Origin: Macrostomum lignano
Lineage: Eukaryota
Assembly: GCA_002269645.1 (NCBI GenBank)
Contig: NIVC01000260.1
Location: 659,171-723,170, forward strand
DNA: 64,000 nucleotides
Reading direction: 5' to 3'
Position numbers and translations under genes: made by a program. The notes beneath the pieces were generated by a model that did no database searches, was not told the origin of the DNA, and saw only the letters and a list, made by a program, of their open reading frames with translations. Each line of letters opens with the position of its first letter. Positions within the stretch are counted from its first letter, which is position 1. This document shows, piece by piece, positions 48,377-61,212 of this stretch.

Positions 48377-48604
48377 TTTCTGTGGCTAATGCTGAACACA
48401 TCAAAATCAGAACACAAAGTCTGGAAAGCACATCTGGCTCTGATTTCTAGGGGGACCCTTTGGCCCCCTGCCTGCCTACACCCAGGACTGGCAAACGCCC
48501 TGCCAATCAGGCCAGCAAATGAAAAACTACTGATTCATGAACGGAAGACGAAATGAAAGACAAAAGTTATATGAGTTTAGTTTAAATTGAATACATGCGA
48601 GAGC

Positions 48605-48610
48605 ACAAAC

Positions 48611-48665
<55 letters not shown>

Positions 48666-48724
48666 GGCAGACGGACAGACAGTCGGACAGACAGACAGAC
48701 AGGCAGACAGACGGACAGACAACC

Positions 48725-48756
<32 letters not shown>

Positions 48757-49022
48757 GGACAGACAGACGGACAGAAAGACGGACAGACAGACAGACACTA
48801 AGACAGACAGACAGACGGACAGACGGACAGAAAGACGGACAGACAGACAGACACTAAGACAGACAGACAGACGGACAGACAGTCGGACAGACAGACAGAC
48901 AGGCAGACAGACGGACAGACAACCAGACAGACAGACAGACAGATAGACATACACACAGACAGACAGACAGACAGACAGACATACACACAGACAGACAGAC
49001 AGACAAATAGACAGACATACAC

Positions 49023-49077
<55 letters not shown>

Positions 49078-49184
49078 CACAGACAGACAGACAGTCACTA
49101 AGACAGACAGACAGACAGACAGACAGACATACACACAGACAGACAGACAGACAGATAGACAGACATACACACAGACAGACAGAC

Positions 49185-49247
<63 letters not shown>

Positions 49248-49290
49248 CACACACAGACAGACAGACACACACACAGACAGACAGATAGAC
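48605..49290. repeat. (GACA/GACG)n microsatellite
   Basis: Tetranucleotide repeat. Confidence 0.97.
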
Positions 49291-49507
49291 ACAGCTCACT
49301 CACTTGCCTGTGGGGGGGGGGGGGGTAACTGGCCGGAAGCAGGCACAGCAATACTAAATTTTTCGAAAATTTCTCCAAAATGTGGAATATTTCCGGACAG
49401 TTATTTAAATCGGGCGCAGCAACAAAAAGCAAACGAAACAAAAGTAAAAAAACAAGTTGTTACTAGTAACTCTTAGAAATTCATAGAAAAGCACGCCAAG
49501 CGGCAGC

Positions 49508-49912
49508 TCACGGGTCAAGCGGCAGACTGTCCGGTTCGATGCTGATAACGCTAGCAAACGGCTCGCCAACCGGAATCCGTTTAGTAAAATAATATTTCTC
49601 AGAGAAGCCCTCAGTGAGCTCTGGATAGTAGCGATAGTTGACCATCATGCCGCAGGACTGGCTCAGCCCGTTCGGACTCTGATCGGCCTGCCAGCACAGG
49701 CGGTACATCACCGCACCGTTGCGGAGGTGAAAATTAGCGATAGGATCCAATGCGTGGCCCCGGTGCTTCAGCGCGAATAGGTAGCGAGCGCACAGCTTCA
49801 TCAGGGGCTGCTTCAGCTCCGAGACTAGCACTGGGGAGGTGATCCACTCTTGCGACTCCAGCGTCATTGACAGCTTGGTGTACAGGTCTTTGTTGTTGTC
49901 TACGTCGAATAG
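49508..49912 (-). CDS. MLYCD: Malonyl-CoA decarboxylase, last exon
   Basis: ALDPIANFHLRNGAVMYRLCWQAD.S..GLSQSCGMMVNYRY with the catalytic His motif; acceptor CCTCAG in phase 0. Confidence 0.93.
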   Translation of the reverse strand, partial: LFDVDNNKDLYTKLSMTLESQEWITSPVLVSELKQPLMKLCARYLFALKHRGHALDPIANFHLRNGAVMYRLCWQADQSPNGLSQSCGMMVNYRYYPELTEGFSEKYYFTKRIPVGEPFASVISIEPDSLPLDP

Positions 49913-49934
49913 CTGAGGTTTACAGGGGTGGGTA

Positions 49935-50520
49935 GACATGGGTTATCTAGGTAGATAGACGGATTATCCAGGTAGATAGACATGGACTATCCAGGTGGAT
50001 GGACGTGGATTACTTAGGTAGATAGACGGATTATCCAGGTAGATAGACATGGATTATCTAGGTGGATGGACGTGGATTATTCAGGTAGATACATGTGGAT
50101 TATCTAGATAAATAGATGTGGCTAATCGAAGCAGATAGACGTGATTATCCAGGTGAATAGACGTGGATTATCCAGGTAGATAGACGTGGATTATCCATGT
50201 GAATAGACGTGGATTATCCAGGTAGATAGACGTGGATTATCCAGGTAAATAGACGTGAATTATCCATGTGAATAGACGTGGATTATCCAGGTAGATAGAC
50301 GTGGATTATCCAGGTAAATAGACGTGAATTATCCATGTGAATAGACGTGGATTATCCAGGTAGATAGACGTGGATTATCCAGGTAAATAGACGTGAATTA
50401 TCCATGTGAATAGACGTGGATTATCCAGGTAGATAGACGTGGATTATCCAGGTAGATAGACGTGAATTATCCATGTGAATAGACGTGGATTATCCAGGTA
50501 GATAGACGTGGATTATCCGG
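49935..50520. repeat. 23-bp minisatellite (GTAGATAGACGTGGATTATCCAG)n filling the last MLYCD intron
   Basis: Visible units. Confidence 0.93.
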
Positions 50521-50570
50521 GGGAGCAGAAGTAGATAATCCAAAGATGACGAGAACGGAAAGCCGCCAAC

Positions 50571-50855
50571 CTGCATCATCTTGACGTGAGTCTCGTCAGA
50601 GAACAACGGCAGCAGGTCGGAGCTCTCAGGTCGAACATCGTCGAGAATTCTGGCGAACACCTCGTGCTGCAGGTGGCGATTGATCTGGCCAAACAGCCAG
50701 TTGTTGAAGCCGGGGATGGGGGACAGAGAGGAGAAGTGCTGCAGCTTGGGGTACTCGGCCTGCAGACGGTGCATGACCCGGCGGACAATGTTGCTGCCGA
50801 GGTCGATGCCGCTCAAGCCGTCAATGGGCCGGCTGATTGAGTAGAAGTTTGCCAC
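50571..50855 (-). CDS. MLYCD: MLYCD exon
   Basis: VANFYSIS..GLSGIDLG..HFSSLSPIPGFNNWL; phase 0/0 splice sites. Confidence 0.92.
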
Positions 50856-50894
50856 CTGCGAGAGTAGGGCATGGATGGGCAGAGTATTGTCACT

Positions 50895-53800
50895 GATCTG
50901 TTCCCTCAAAATCATTCATCTTGTTTCTTCAAAATCATCCATCTGGTTCCCTCAAAATCATTCATCTGGTTCCCTCAAAATCATCCATCTGGTTCCCTCA
51001 AAATCATCCATCTTGTTGCCTCAAAATCATCCATCTTGTTCCCTTAAAATCATCCATCTTGTTCCCTCAAAATCATCCATCTTGTTCCCTCAAAATCATC
51101 CATCTGTTGCCTCAAAATCATCCATCTGTTGCCTCAAAATCATCCATCTTGTTACCTCAAAATCATCCATCTGTTGCCTCAAAATCATCCATCTTGTTCC
51201 CTTAAAATCATCCATCTTGTTCCCTCAAAATCATCCATCTTGTTCCCTCAAAATCATCCATCTGTTGCCTCAAAATCATCCATCTGTTGCCTCAAAATCA
51301 TCCATCTTGTTACCTCAAAATCATCCATCTTGTTGCCTCAAAATCATCCATCTTGTTCCCTAAAAATCATCCATCTTGTTCCCTCAAAATCATCCATCTT
51401 GTTCCCTCAAAATCATCCATCTGTTGCCTCAAAATCATCCATCTTGTTCCCTAAAAATCATCCATCTTGTTCCCTCAAAATCATCCATCTTGTTCCCTCA
51501 AAATCATCCATCTGTTGCCTCAAAATCATCCATCTTGTTCCCTTAAAATCATCCATCTTGTTCCCTCAAAATCATCCATCTTGTTCCCTCAAAATCATCC
51601 ATCTGTTGCCTCAAAATCATCCATCTGTTGCCTCAAAATCATCCATCTTGTTACCTCAAAATCATCCATCTTGTTCCCTCAAAATCATCCATCTTGTTCC
51701 CTAAAAATCATCCATCTTGTTCCTTCAAAATCACCCATCTTGTTCCTTCAAAATCATCCATCTTGTTCCCTCAAAATCACCCATCTTGTTCCCTCAAAAT
51801 CATCCATCTTGTTCCCTCAAAATCATCCATCTTGTTCCCTCAAAATCATCCATCTTGTAGCCTCAAAATCATCCATCTTGTTCCCTCAAAATCATCAATC
51901 TTGTTCCCTAAAAATCATCCATCTTGTTCCCTCAAAATCATCCATCTTGTTCCCTCAAAATCATCCATCTTGTTCCTTCAAAATCACCCATCTTGTTCCT
52001 TCAAAATCATCCATCTTGTTCCCTCAAAATCACCCATCTTGTTCCCTCAAAATCATCCATCTTGTTCCCTCAAAATCATCCATCTTGTTCCCTCAAAATC
52101 ATCCATCTTATTCCCTCAAAATCATCCATCTTGTTGCCTCAAAATCATCCATCTTGTTGCCTCAAAATCATCCATCTTGTTGCCTCAAAATCATCCATCT
52201 TGTTCCCTCAAAATCATCTATCTTGTTCCCTCAAAATCACCCATCTTGTTCCCTCAAAATCATCCATCTTGTTCCCTAAAAATCATCCATCTTATTCCCT
52301 CAAAATCATCCATCTTGTTGCCTCAAAATCATCCATCTTGTTGCCTCAAAATCATCCATCTTGTTGCCTCAAAATCATCCATCTTGTTCCCTCAAAATCA
52401 TCTATCTTGTTCCCTCAAAATCATCCATCTTGTTCCTGTAGAGTGTTCTACCTCCCGTTAAAAAAGGAAAAAAGAAGATAATCGTATAATACTACTATAA
52501 GTAAGTAAGTACACGCATGTGCGCCTAAGCTTTGAATGAATCACGCTACCAGAAAAAGATGTTACCAGAATAATACGCCATGAGCCATTTTCCCCTTTTA
52601 GCGCAACACGTGAATTGTCATGATACTATTTTGGATCAAAAACTTGTCTATAAATACAAGCGATCTGAAGCGGTACCGGAGCCATTCTCCCCACGGAAGA
52701 GGAGCGCTCCGAAGAGGAAGCCTTAGGAGGACTTCCTGATCTACCAAGTCAATCGAGACTCGGTCGAGTTGTTGCGGTAAGCCTTCCTTATTTGCGCCCG
52801 TTGTGTTAGAGACGTCTCGCTCAAGTCTATTGAGACTTGAGTCTAATTGAGTCTGTTGAGACTCTTGAGTCTGTTTAGACTCCATTGGTTGCAGTCTCCA
52901 GAAGGACTGCCCCTGATAGATCTTAGAGGACTATCAGTGGTTTCCGGAGCTATACCTAGAGTGCATAGAGGCACTGCTAGAAGAAGGAGGCTTAATTTAG
53001 ACCGCAGTTTGGCGCAGGGTACCCATTGTTGCTACGAGGCCTCTGATTGGTCCTGACGGAAGATACCGGCCGGAAGAACTTATCGGAAGTACAAGAGGAA
53101 CCAGGACCAGAGCAACTGAAGAATCAAGGCGCCTGATCTACGAGATCTACTGACAAGTTCCTAGCGAGAACTACTCAAGAAATTCAAATCCGGATTAAAG
53201 GTAATTGAATACCTTCGTTTGACTTACTGGGTTGCCTAGCTGTTGAGCTAGAAGTGATTGTTCCTTGATTATCGAAAGTCGGGTAATAAGGAACACATCA
53301 GTTCCCTCAAAATCATCTATCTTGTTCCCTCAAAATCATCCATCTTGTTCCCTCAAAATCATCCATCTTGTTCCCTCAAAATCATCCATCTGTTGCCTCA
53401 AAATCATCCATCTGTTGCCTCAAAATCATCCATCTTGTTCCCTCAAAATCATCCATCTTGTTGCCTCAAAATCATCCATCTTGTTCCCTCAAAATCATCC
53501 ATCTTGTTCCCAAAAATCATCCATCTTGTTGCCTCAAAATCATCCATCTTGTTCCCTCAAAATCATCCATCTTGTTCCCTCAAAATCACCCATCTTGTTC
53601 CCTCAAAATCATCCATCTTGTTCCCTCAAAATCACCCATCTTGTTCCCTAAAAATCATCCATCTTGTTCCCTCAAAATCATCTATCTTGTTACCTCAAAA
53701 TCATCCATCTTGTTGCCTCAAAATCATCCATCTTGTTCCCTCAAAATCATCCATCTTGTTCCCTCAAAATCATCCATCTTGTTCCCTCAAAATCATCCAT

Positions 53801-55260
53801 CTTGTTGCCTCAAAATCATCCATCTTGTTCCCTCAAAATCATCCATCTGTTGCCTCAAAATCATCCATCTGTTGCCTCAAAATCATCCATCTGTTCCCTC
53901 AAAATCATCCATCTGTTGCCTCAAAATCATCCATCTTGTTACCTCAAAATCATCCATCTTGTTCCCTCAAAATCATCCATCTTGTTCCCTAAAAATCATC
54001 CATCTTGTTCCCTCAAAATCATCCATCTTGTTCCCTAAAAATCATCCATCTTGTTGCCTCAAAATCATCCATCTTGTTCCCTCAAAATCATCTATCTTGT
54101 TCCCTCAAAATCATCCATCTTGTTCCCTCAAAATCATCCATCTTGTTCCCTAAAAATCATCCATCTTGTTCCCTAAAAATCATCCATCTTATTCCCTCAA
54201 AATCATCCATCTTATTCCCTCAAAATCATCCATCTTATTCCCTCAAAATCATCCATCATTTCCTCAAAATCATCCATCTTATTCCCTCGAAATCATCCAT
54301 CTTGTTGCCTCAAAATCATCCATCTTGTTGCCTCAAAATCATCCATCTTGTTCCCTCAAAATCATCTATCTTGTTCCCTCAAAATCATCCATCTTGTTCC
54401 CTCAAAATCATCCATCTTGTTCCCTAAAAATCATCCATCTTGTTGCCTCAAAATCATCCATCTTGTTCCCTCAAAATCATCTATCTTGTTCCCTCAAAAT
54501 CATCCATCTTGTTCCCTAAAAATCATCCATCTTGTTGCCTCAAAATCATCCATCTTGTTCCCTCAAAATCATCTATCTTGTTCCCTCAAAATCATCCATC
54601 TTGTTCCCTCAAAATCATCCATCTTGTTCCCTAAAAATCATCCATCTTGTTGCCTCAAAATCATCCATCTTGTTCCCTCAAAATCATCTATCTTGTTCCC
54701 TCAAAATCATCCATCTTGTTCCCTAAAAATCATCCATCTTGTTGCCTCAAAATCATCCATCTTGTTCCCTCAAAATCATCTATCTTGTTCCCTCAAAATC
54801 ATCCATCTTGTTCCCTCAAAATCATCCATCTTGTTCCCTCAAAATCATCCATCTTGTTCCCTCAAAATCATCCATCTTGTTCCCTCAAAATCATCCATCT
54901 TGTTCCCTCAAAATCATCCATCTTGTTCCCTCAAAATCATCCATCTTGTTCCCTCAAAATCATCCATCTTGTTCCCTCAAAATCATCCATCTTGTTCCCT
55001 CAAAATCATCCATCTTGTAGCCTCAAAATCATCCATCTTGTTCCCTCAAAATCATCCATCTTGTTACCTCAAAATCATCCATCTTGTAGCCTCAAAATCA
55101 TCCATCTTGTTCCCTCAAAATCATCCATCTTGTTCCCTCAAAATCATCCATCTTGTTCCCTCAAAATCATCCATCTTATTCCCTCAAAATCATCCATCTT
55201 GTTCCCTCAAAATCATCCATCTTATTCCCTCAAAATCATCCATCTGTTGCCTCAAAATCA
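50895..55260. repeat. About 3.5-kb 22/23-bp minisatellite (CCTCAAAATCATCCATCTTGTTC)n filling an MLYCD intron, interrupted by a solo LTR
   Basis: Visible units; source of the many PQNHPSCSLKIIHL ORFs. Confidence 0.97.
52437..53300 (+). mobile_element. 864-bp solo LTR (TG...CA) with a perfect 5-bp TSD GTTCC
   Basis: GTTCC|TGTAGAG...ACACATCA|GTTCC; internal TATAAATA near 52648. Strand is inferred from the TATA box. Confidence 0.85.
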
Positions 55261-55279
55261 CTTTCCAGAAAGTGCAAAC

Positions 55280-55507
55280 CTTAACCCTGGCGGGATCCTC
55301 CACACTATCAGGCATGTGCTCAAACAGTGCTGGCACAATTTTCTCCATGGTGTCGGCCACATTCTCCAGCAGTGCGGCGTGAAGAATGACCAGCGGTTCG
55401 CCGGGCAGGCAGGGATGCGTGAACACGAAGCAGCGTTTGTAGGCGCCAACACGACGTTTGAGATCCTGCCAGCCAAGGATCGGGTGGACAGCCTCGCTAG
55501 CGGCCAC
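55280..55507 (-). CDS. MLYCD: MLYCD exon
   Basis: EAVHPI.GWQDLKRRVG.YKRCF.F.HP..PGEPLVILH; donor AAG|GTTTGC gives EDPARVK|VANFYSIS, aligning with human EDKNKITAAIFYSIS. Confidence 0.9.
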
Positions 55508-55914
55508 CTGACAGCGAGGTTAGGGTAGGGAATTCAATCGTGCTTAGTAAGTGATTATCTACTAATAAGTAGCAAGGAAGGAATCTGAAGCGAATCCTTC
55601 AAAAATCATTTATTTTCACATCTCACTCCCCAATGTCTCTCATCTCACTTCCCAAAAATCTCAAATCTCATTTTCTGAAAATCTCCCATCTCACTCGCCA
55701 AAAATCTCTCTTATCTCACTCCTCAAAAATCTTCCATCTCACTCTCCAAAAATCTCCCATCTCACTCTCCAAAAATCTCCCATCTTCAACATTAATTTTA
55801 GCGCCAAAGTTTAAATTATAAAAAACCTACTGTACATTTTGCGATGCCTACTAAAATAGCCTACCGATATGTAGTGCATAGAAGAAAATTCTAGAAGAAC
55901 ATAGAAAAATTCAC

Positions 55915-56205
55915 CTTCTCCAACAGCCTACTCGGCGACTCCCAGGTAGCCCGTTGCAGGTGAAACAGACCCGAGCTGAACCACACAGACAGCAGCTGTT
56001 TGAGCTCGTGGTCGATCACTGGGACAACAGCTGGAGTAGCTTCTACAGTAGATTTGCCAGTGAGTTTGCTCAGATCAGTGCGCATATTAACCATGAACTT
56101 CACTCCACCTTGGGCTTTGCCGAGCACGCGAAACAGCCCGGCAAACTGCGGCTGGGTGATGTGGCGCAGATTCTGCAGGCGTTGAATGCTCTCCACAGGA
56201 TTTGA
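55915..56205 (-). CDS. MLYCD: MLYCD exon
   Basis: GGVKFMVNMRTDL..LKQLLSVWFSSGLFHLQRATWESP..LLEK; phase 0/0. Confidence 0.9.
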
Positions 56206-56309
56206 CTGCGGGCAAGATGAAAATACGAGTATAATTGGCTGAGATTTAAGTCGATGCGTCATCATACACGCTATAAACTCAGTAAATAACCCTTACTCTG
56301 TCCGCTTCA

Positions 56310-56885
56310 CAGAAATCTCTCATCTCACTCCCCAAAATCTCTGATCTCACTCCCAAAAAATCTCTTATCTCACCCCCAAATCTCTCATCCCACTACCCAA
56401 AAATATCTCATCACACTCCCAAAAAAATCTCATCTCACCCCAAATCTCTCATCTCACAACCCCAAAAATATCTCATCTCACCCCCAAATCTCTCATCCCA
56501 CTACCCAAAAATATCTCATCTCACTCCCCAAAAATATCTCATCTCACCCCCAAATCTCTCATCTCACAACCCAAAAAATATCTCATCTCACCCCCAAATC
56601 TCTCATCTCACTCCCTCCAAAAAATCTCTCTTCTCACTCCCCAAAAATCTCCCACATCTCACTCTCCAAAAATCTCTAATCTCACTCCCTAAAAGATTTC
56701 CTATATCACCCCCGAAACCTCTCATCTCACTCCTTAGAAATTTCCCACATCTCAATCCCCAAAAATATTCCATCTCACTCCCCAAAAATGTCCCACATCT
56801 CACTCCCCTAAAATCTCTCATCTCACTCCCCTAAAATCTCTCATCTCACTCCCCAAAAATCTCTCATCTCACTACCCAAAAATGA
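56310..56885. repeat. Degenerate 20-22-bp repeat (CTCATCTCACTCCCCAAAAAT)n in MLYCD introns (also at 55600-55790)
   Basis: Visible units. Confidence 0.85.
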
Positions 56886-56934
56886 CACATGACACGCGTT
56901 GGGGCGTTATAAACCCAATAAATAAGCATCTTAC

Positions 56935-57063
56935 CCTGTCCAATGTAATGCCGATTTTGGTTGTCTCCGCAACGCCATGATCTGACACCAGCATGTTGAA
57001 GAATGTCTCCTTCTCAGCCAGACTGAGCTGCTTGTACGAGTCGCAAATTCTTTCGGCTATGCT
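56935..57063 (-). CDS. MLYCD: MLYCD exon
   Basis: SIAERICDSYKQLSLAEKETFFNMLVSDHGV matches the MCD N-terminal helical domain; CCGCAG acceptor and GTAAGA donor in phase 0/0. Confidence 0.8.
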
Positions 57064-57129
57064 CTGCGGAGTGAGGAACAAAGGAAACCAGCATAGACAA
57101 TGCACACGTACAGGGGGCTCCCTGTTGGG

Positions 57130-57420
57130 GAGGGGGCCGTAGCCCAGTGGTCTGAGTGGTGTCGCGCCGCGCTCTGATGTGCCAGCGGCCCAGGCTCGAT
57201 TCCAAGTGCAGTTACATTAATCTGTGGCTAAATTGGAATCTCGGCTTGGCTCTGCTCGTGCAATTAACGGCCTTGAGGGCCAACCCCCAAGGCACAGTGA
57301 GGTGTACATGCCTAACGATAATATAAAGTTATAGGGCCGCTGTACAATCCTGTGCGAGTGTGTGCCTGTGTGTATGACCTGCGTACGTATCCGCGCGCAT
57401 GTGTGCCCGCTCAGAGTCAG
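57130..57420 (+). mobile_element. tRNA-derived SINE, family B (head + body); head fragment also at about 29765-29800
   Basis: GGGGCCGTAGCCCAGTGG (A-box) and GGCTCGATTCC (B-box) followed by the body shared with 13510-13625 and 5880-5975. Confidence 0.65.
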
Positions 57421-57607
57421 AGAAATGGGCAGTAATGCCTCTCGCCTGTTGTATGACAATGTCTCTTAAAGTGCGCCACACATGTAGGGGGCACACAACC
57501 ACACAGCACGAATAATAGGTAGAATATTTGTCACTACAGGTATCAGTGAGCAGATCACTAGACAACAGGTAAAAATCAACATAAAGTCTCTAGGAATAGA
57601 AACTTAC

Positions 57608-57695
57608 ACCAGAAACTACTTCGCGACCTCGCTTAATTACTTTCATCAAGTTGTAGGTATCTTCCAGGATAGCTTTTAGAACCATCTTTTTGAGA
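57608..57695 (-). CDS. MLYCD: Probable MLYCD upstream exon (LKKMVLKAILEDTYNLMKVIKRGREVVSG)
   Basis: Strong GTAAGT donor in phase 0; RGREVVSG|SIAE resembles the MCD RGE.SG..A motif; not in the ORF track. Confidence 0.65.
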
Positions 57696-58345
57696 CTGAC
57701 ATGAATTATGCAAAAAGATTGATTGCATGCTAAACTTATATTTAGGTAAGATCTAGGTTTTAAACTTAAACTTTATTTAACAGTCAGATGAAAATTTGCA
57801 TTCTTGGAAATTTTTTGCATGCAATTTTCAAAAATCAAGGTGCACACAGACTAAAAATAAAAATAAACCTCCTGCATAATGACCCAGACTTTAGGGTTTA
57901 AACCTGGTTTAAGGATTAGTTTAATTTGAAATGCTTTTTTGTTTACTGATCAGGTAGCATTAAATAAATAGTTTCATAATACTAAATAGCTATTATAAGA
58001 AATAAATCATTTCATAATAAAAGTACTAATAATTTATGCTCCAAGAACTAACAGTCCATAATATGTAAATTATAGTAGTGGCAGTGTTATGCTACTCATA
58101 GTAAGCATGTGAGAAAATCACTATACTTTAATTTGCTATCTAAGGCAATGAATGGACTACCATGCTAACAAGTAAGCAACTACTTGACTAGGCCCATGGG
58201 ATTATACTCGTACTATAAAGTTGTCATAGCATGACTTCAATTATATCTTATCTTACAATGGCTTTATAAAATGGGCCCTATGACTTCATATACCTTCTCT
58301 TTGGAATTGCAGACCTTTGCAAATAGAGTAACCTAGTACATACAT

Positions 58346-58503
58346 GTGCAACCTTGCGAATCACTCAGCCGTTTCTATTGGCAAAATACACATATAAGTT
58401 GCTATTGGCTGAGAGCAGTCACGTGACTACTATTCCATCCAATAGCGACTTACATGTGTGTGTGTTGCCAATAGAAATGGCTGGGTGAATCCTTAGGTTG
58501 CAC
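58346..58503. mobile_element. Second copy of the hairpin element at 18532-18667
   Basis: Inverted arms GTGCAACCTT..GCCGTTTCTATTGGCA / TGCCAATAGAAATGGC..AGGTTGCAC. Confidence 0.7.
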
Positions 58504-60234
58504 CTAAGCATGACTTAGCAGATTCAATAAGTTCATAGCACATTTTTGGCTTGAAAAGCATAAGCTTATATGCAAGTGGCAGTTTAAATTTTCAAGACTG
58601 CTCCATATCATTGGTATTGAATACTAACAAAACCATAAGGGTAAACCACTCTATCTTATAATATTTAAACATCTAATAGAAATACTATTTTAATTTTAAC
58701 CATTTTTAATCAGTATATTTTAATTTATAATTATATTTTTTAATTAATTAGATAATTTATCTATACATTGAAATATCTAAATAATTTATTGTTTATTATT
58801 TATCTATTAATTGTTTAATCAATGGATAATTGGCAAATAGATTATTAAAATATACAAAAAATAGTCTTAAGGAAGGAAGATTTATAAAAATTAAATTATT
58901 TTAAATATACTTATACTGGTACTTCTGTTGTAGGGCTACTTTTCTTATTCCTACTATTGAATATCTTACTTGCTGCCACCAAGTTGTACTAGGGGTTATT
59001 CCTCTGTCTTTATGAATTGTCCTAAAGCTGTTACTGAGTTGTACTAGGGCTATACTTCTTACTATATTAAATGTCCTAATGTTGGTAGCTGCCACCAAGA
59101 CTATTCTATTAAAAAATTATAAGTTTATTAATTTTAGATTAAGTCTGAGAAATGTTTCTTAGAATTACTCTGAATATATATCTGAGTATTTGTCTGAGTA
59201 TTTATCTAAGCATTAGTCTGAGTATTTGGTCTATGAATTATTCCTAGAATATTATTTAGCCCTTACATGTCTTGTTCTTCTGTTCTTCTAGTAGCATTCT
59301 ACTAGTAATTTGGCCTGAGTAATATATTGGTCTACTAGTGTATATACTTTATGTATTTCTAGTCCTAAACATTACCGAGATCAGAGGGTCACAGCCTCTA
59401 GTTATTCTTGCATGTATCAATTTAGGATCTACTTTGTATTCTCTTACTACTTAACACATCTGCCTTTCAGTAGTATATACTGTATATGCCTCAGTCTATT
59501 TCACTTCACTTCTACAAATGAATTACTCGGAAGACAACTGCAAATATATTTGCTTATAATACTTCTTTCTTAGTATGATCACTTATTAATTTTTTGTTAG
59601 GAGCTATGCTCAAGCAAGTTGTTCTCTTCTTGGCTTGGATTGCGTCTATTTATACTAATTCTATGAGTGAGTTTAAACAAAATTTAATTTGTCAAGATAT
59701 TGTAGAAAATATATGCATTTTAACAAAAAGTGCTTCTTAGTTTTGGCACGAATTTAAAATGCAATGTATAGTTATTAAATTTGTAAAAAGAACTAGGAGC
59801 CCTACACATTTCTAATAGCATTAATTATCAAATATCATAATGCCCATTATTAAAAATGAGTTCATTATCTTATCACTTATTATTTTATTTTAATATTATA
59901 ACATAACACTGATATTGAATTTTATATTTTCTAGCAGACAAAATGACTGCCAATTCTATTTTTAGTTAGGATAGCAATCTAATGCCCCCTTCAGGGCACC
60001 TAAAAAGTAAGAAGAAAAAATTATTCATGCAAATCCATTAAAGGCACATTTTAAAGAACCAATTCTTTTTTTAGTTTTATAGGCCCTAAGTCACCTTCTT
60101 TGGGTAAAATTGTAATGGACAAAGATGTTTGCTATGAATCTCTTTTTTTAAAGTAATAAATGCACAAAAAAATCATGCCTTCACAAAGATAATAGGCATT
60201 TCTCCTCAGTCAAAAGCACTACCTAGATGGCAAG

Positions 60235-60630
60235 CATCCTCCAAAAAAGCACCCCCAGATAGCAAGCATTCCCCAATAGCAACAGCAAGCATCCTCCAAT
60301 AGCAAGCATCCCTTGATAACAAGCATCCCTCAATAGCAAGCAACCCCCAATAGCAAGCATCTCCCAATAGCAAGCATCTCCCAATAGCAAACATCCCCTG
60401 ATAGCAAGCATCCCCAAAGAGCAAGCATCCCCTGATAGCAAGCATCCCCAAAGAGAGCAAGCATCCCCTGATAGCAAGCATCCCCAAAGAGAGCAAGCAT
60501 CCCCTAATAGCAAACATCCCCAAAGAGAGCAAGCATCCCTTGATAGCAAATATCCCTAAAGAGAGCAAGCATCCCCTGATAGCAAGCATCCCCAAAGAGA
60601 GAAAGCATCCCCTGATAGCAAGAATCCCCC
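60235..60630. repeat. 18/36-bp repeat (ATAGCAAGCATCCCCAAAGAGAGCAAGCATCCCCTG)n
   Basis: Visible units. Confidence 0.9.
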
Positions 60631-61212
60631 AAATACTAAGAATAGGCCTACAAGTGAATCAAAGTGCAGTGGAATTAACTTTGGCATAAGTGAGAAAGAA
60701 GGGTTGTAAACTCTTGGCTTAGCTTGGCTTGCCTCAGCTTTATTTGATTTTAGAGATAGTAAACAAGAAACAGCTTGAAAATATATTCTATGGTCAAAAT
60801 GGGACTTGCTACTAGCTAATTAATGTTACAATGGTTAAGAAATCTTAATCAAGTCTTGTGTGCTTTTCTTCAACACTATTTTCAACTTGTGATATAATCT
60901 TAATCAGAATAGGAATTCAGTTAGTCAGTTTTTTTCTCTAGCATTCTAACATTCTTATAATGCATTTCAAGTCAAAAATCTGTTTGACCTTTGCAAAAAA
61001 TGTTTTTCGAATATTTAATCCCTTTAACATTGAGCAATTTCTTAGCCAAGATGCAATATGAAATGCAATATGAATATGCAATATGCAATATGCAATATGA
61101 AAGCAGCAATATGAAAAGCTTTTCCAGAATCAGAATCGGTTCGGATCTTCCAAGAAAAACAGCATATAACTATTTAATTCTGTTGAATGTTTGACTGCCT
61201 TAACAACCTCAC

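Noticed and set aside
50875-55260. Long repetitive ORFs (PQNHPSCSLKIIHL...; also 2242-3080, 6373-7425, 48577-49441)
   Set aside because: Translations of tandem repeats lying in introns or intergenic DNA; open in several frames; no coding signature
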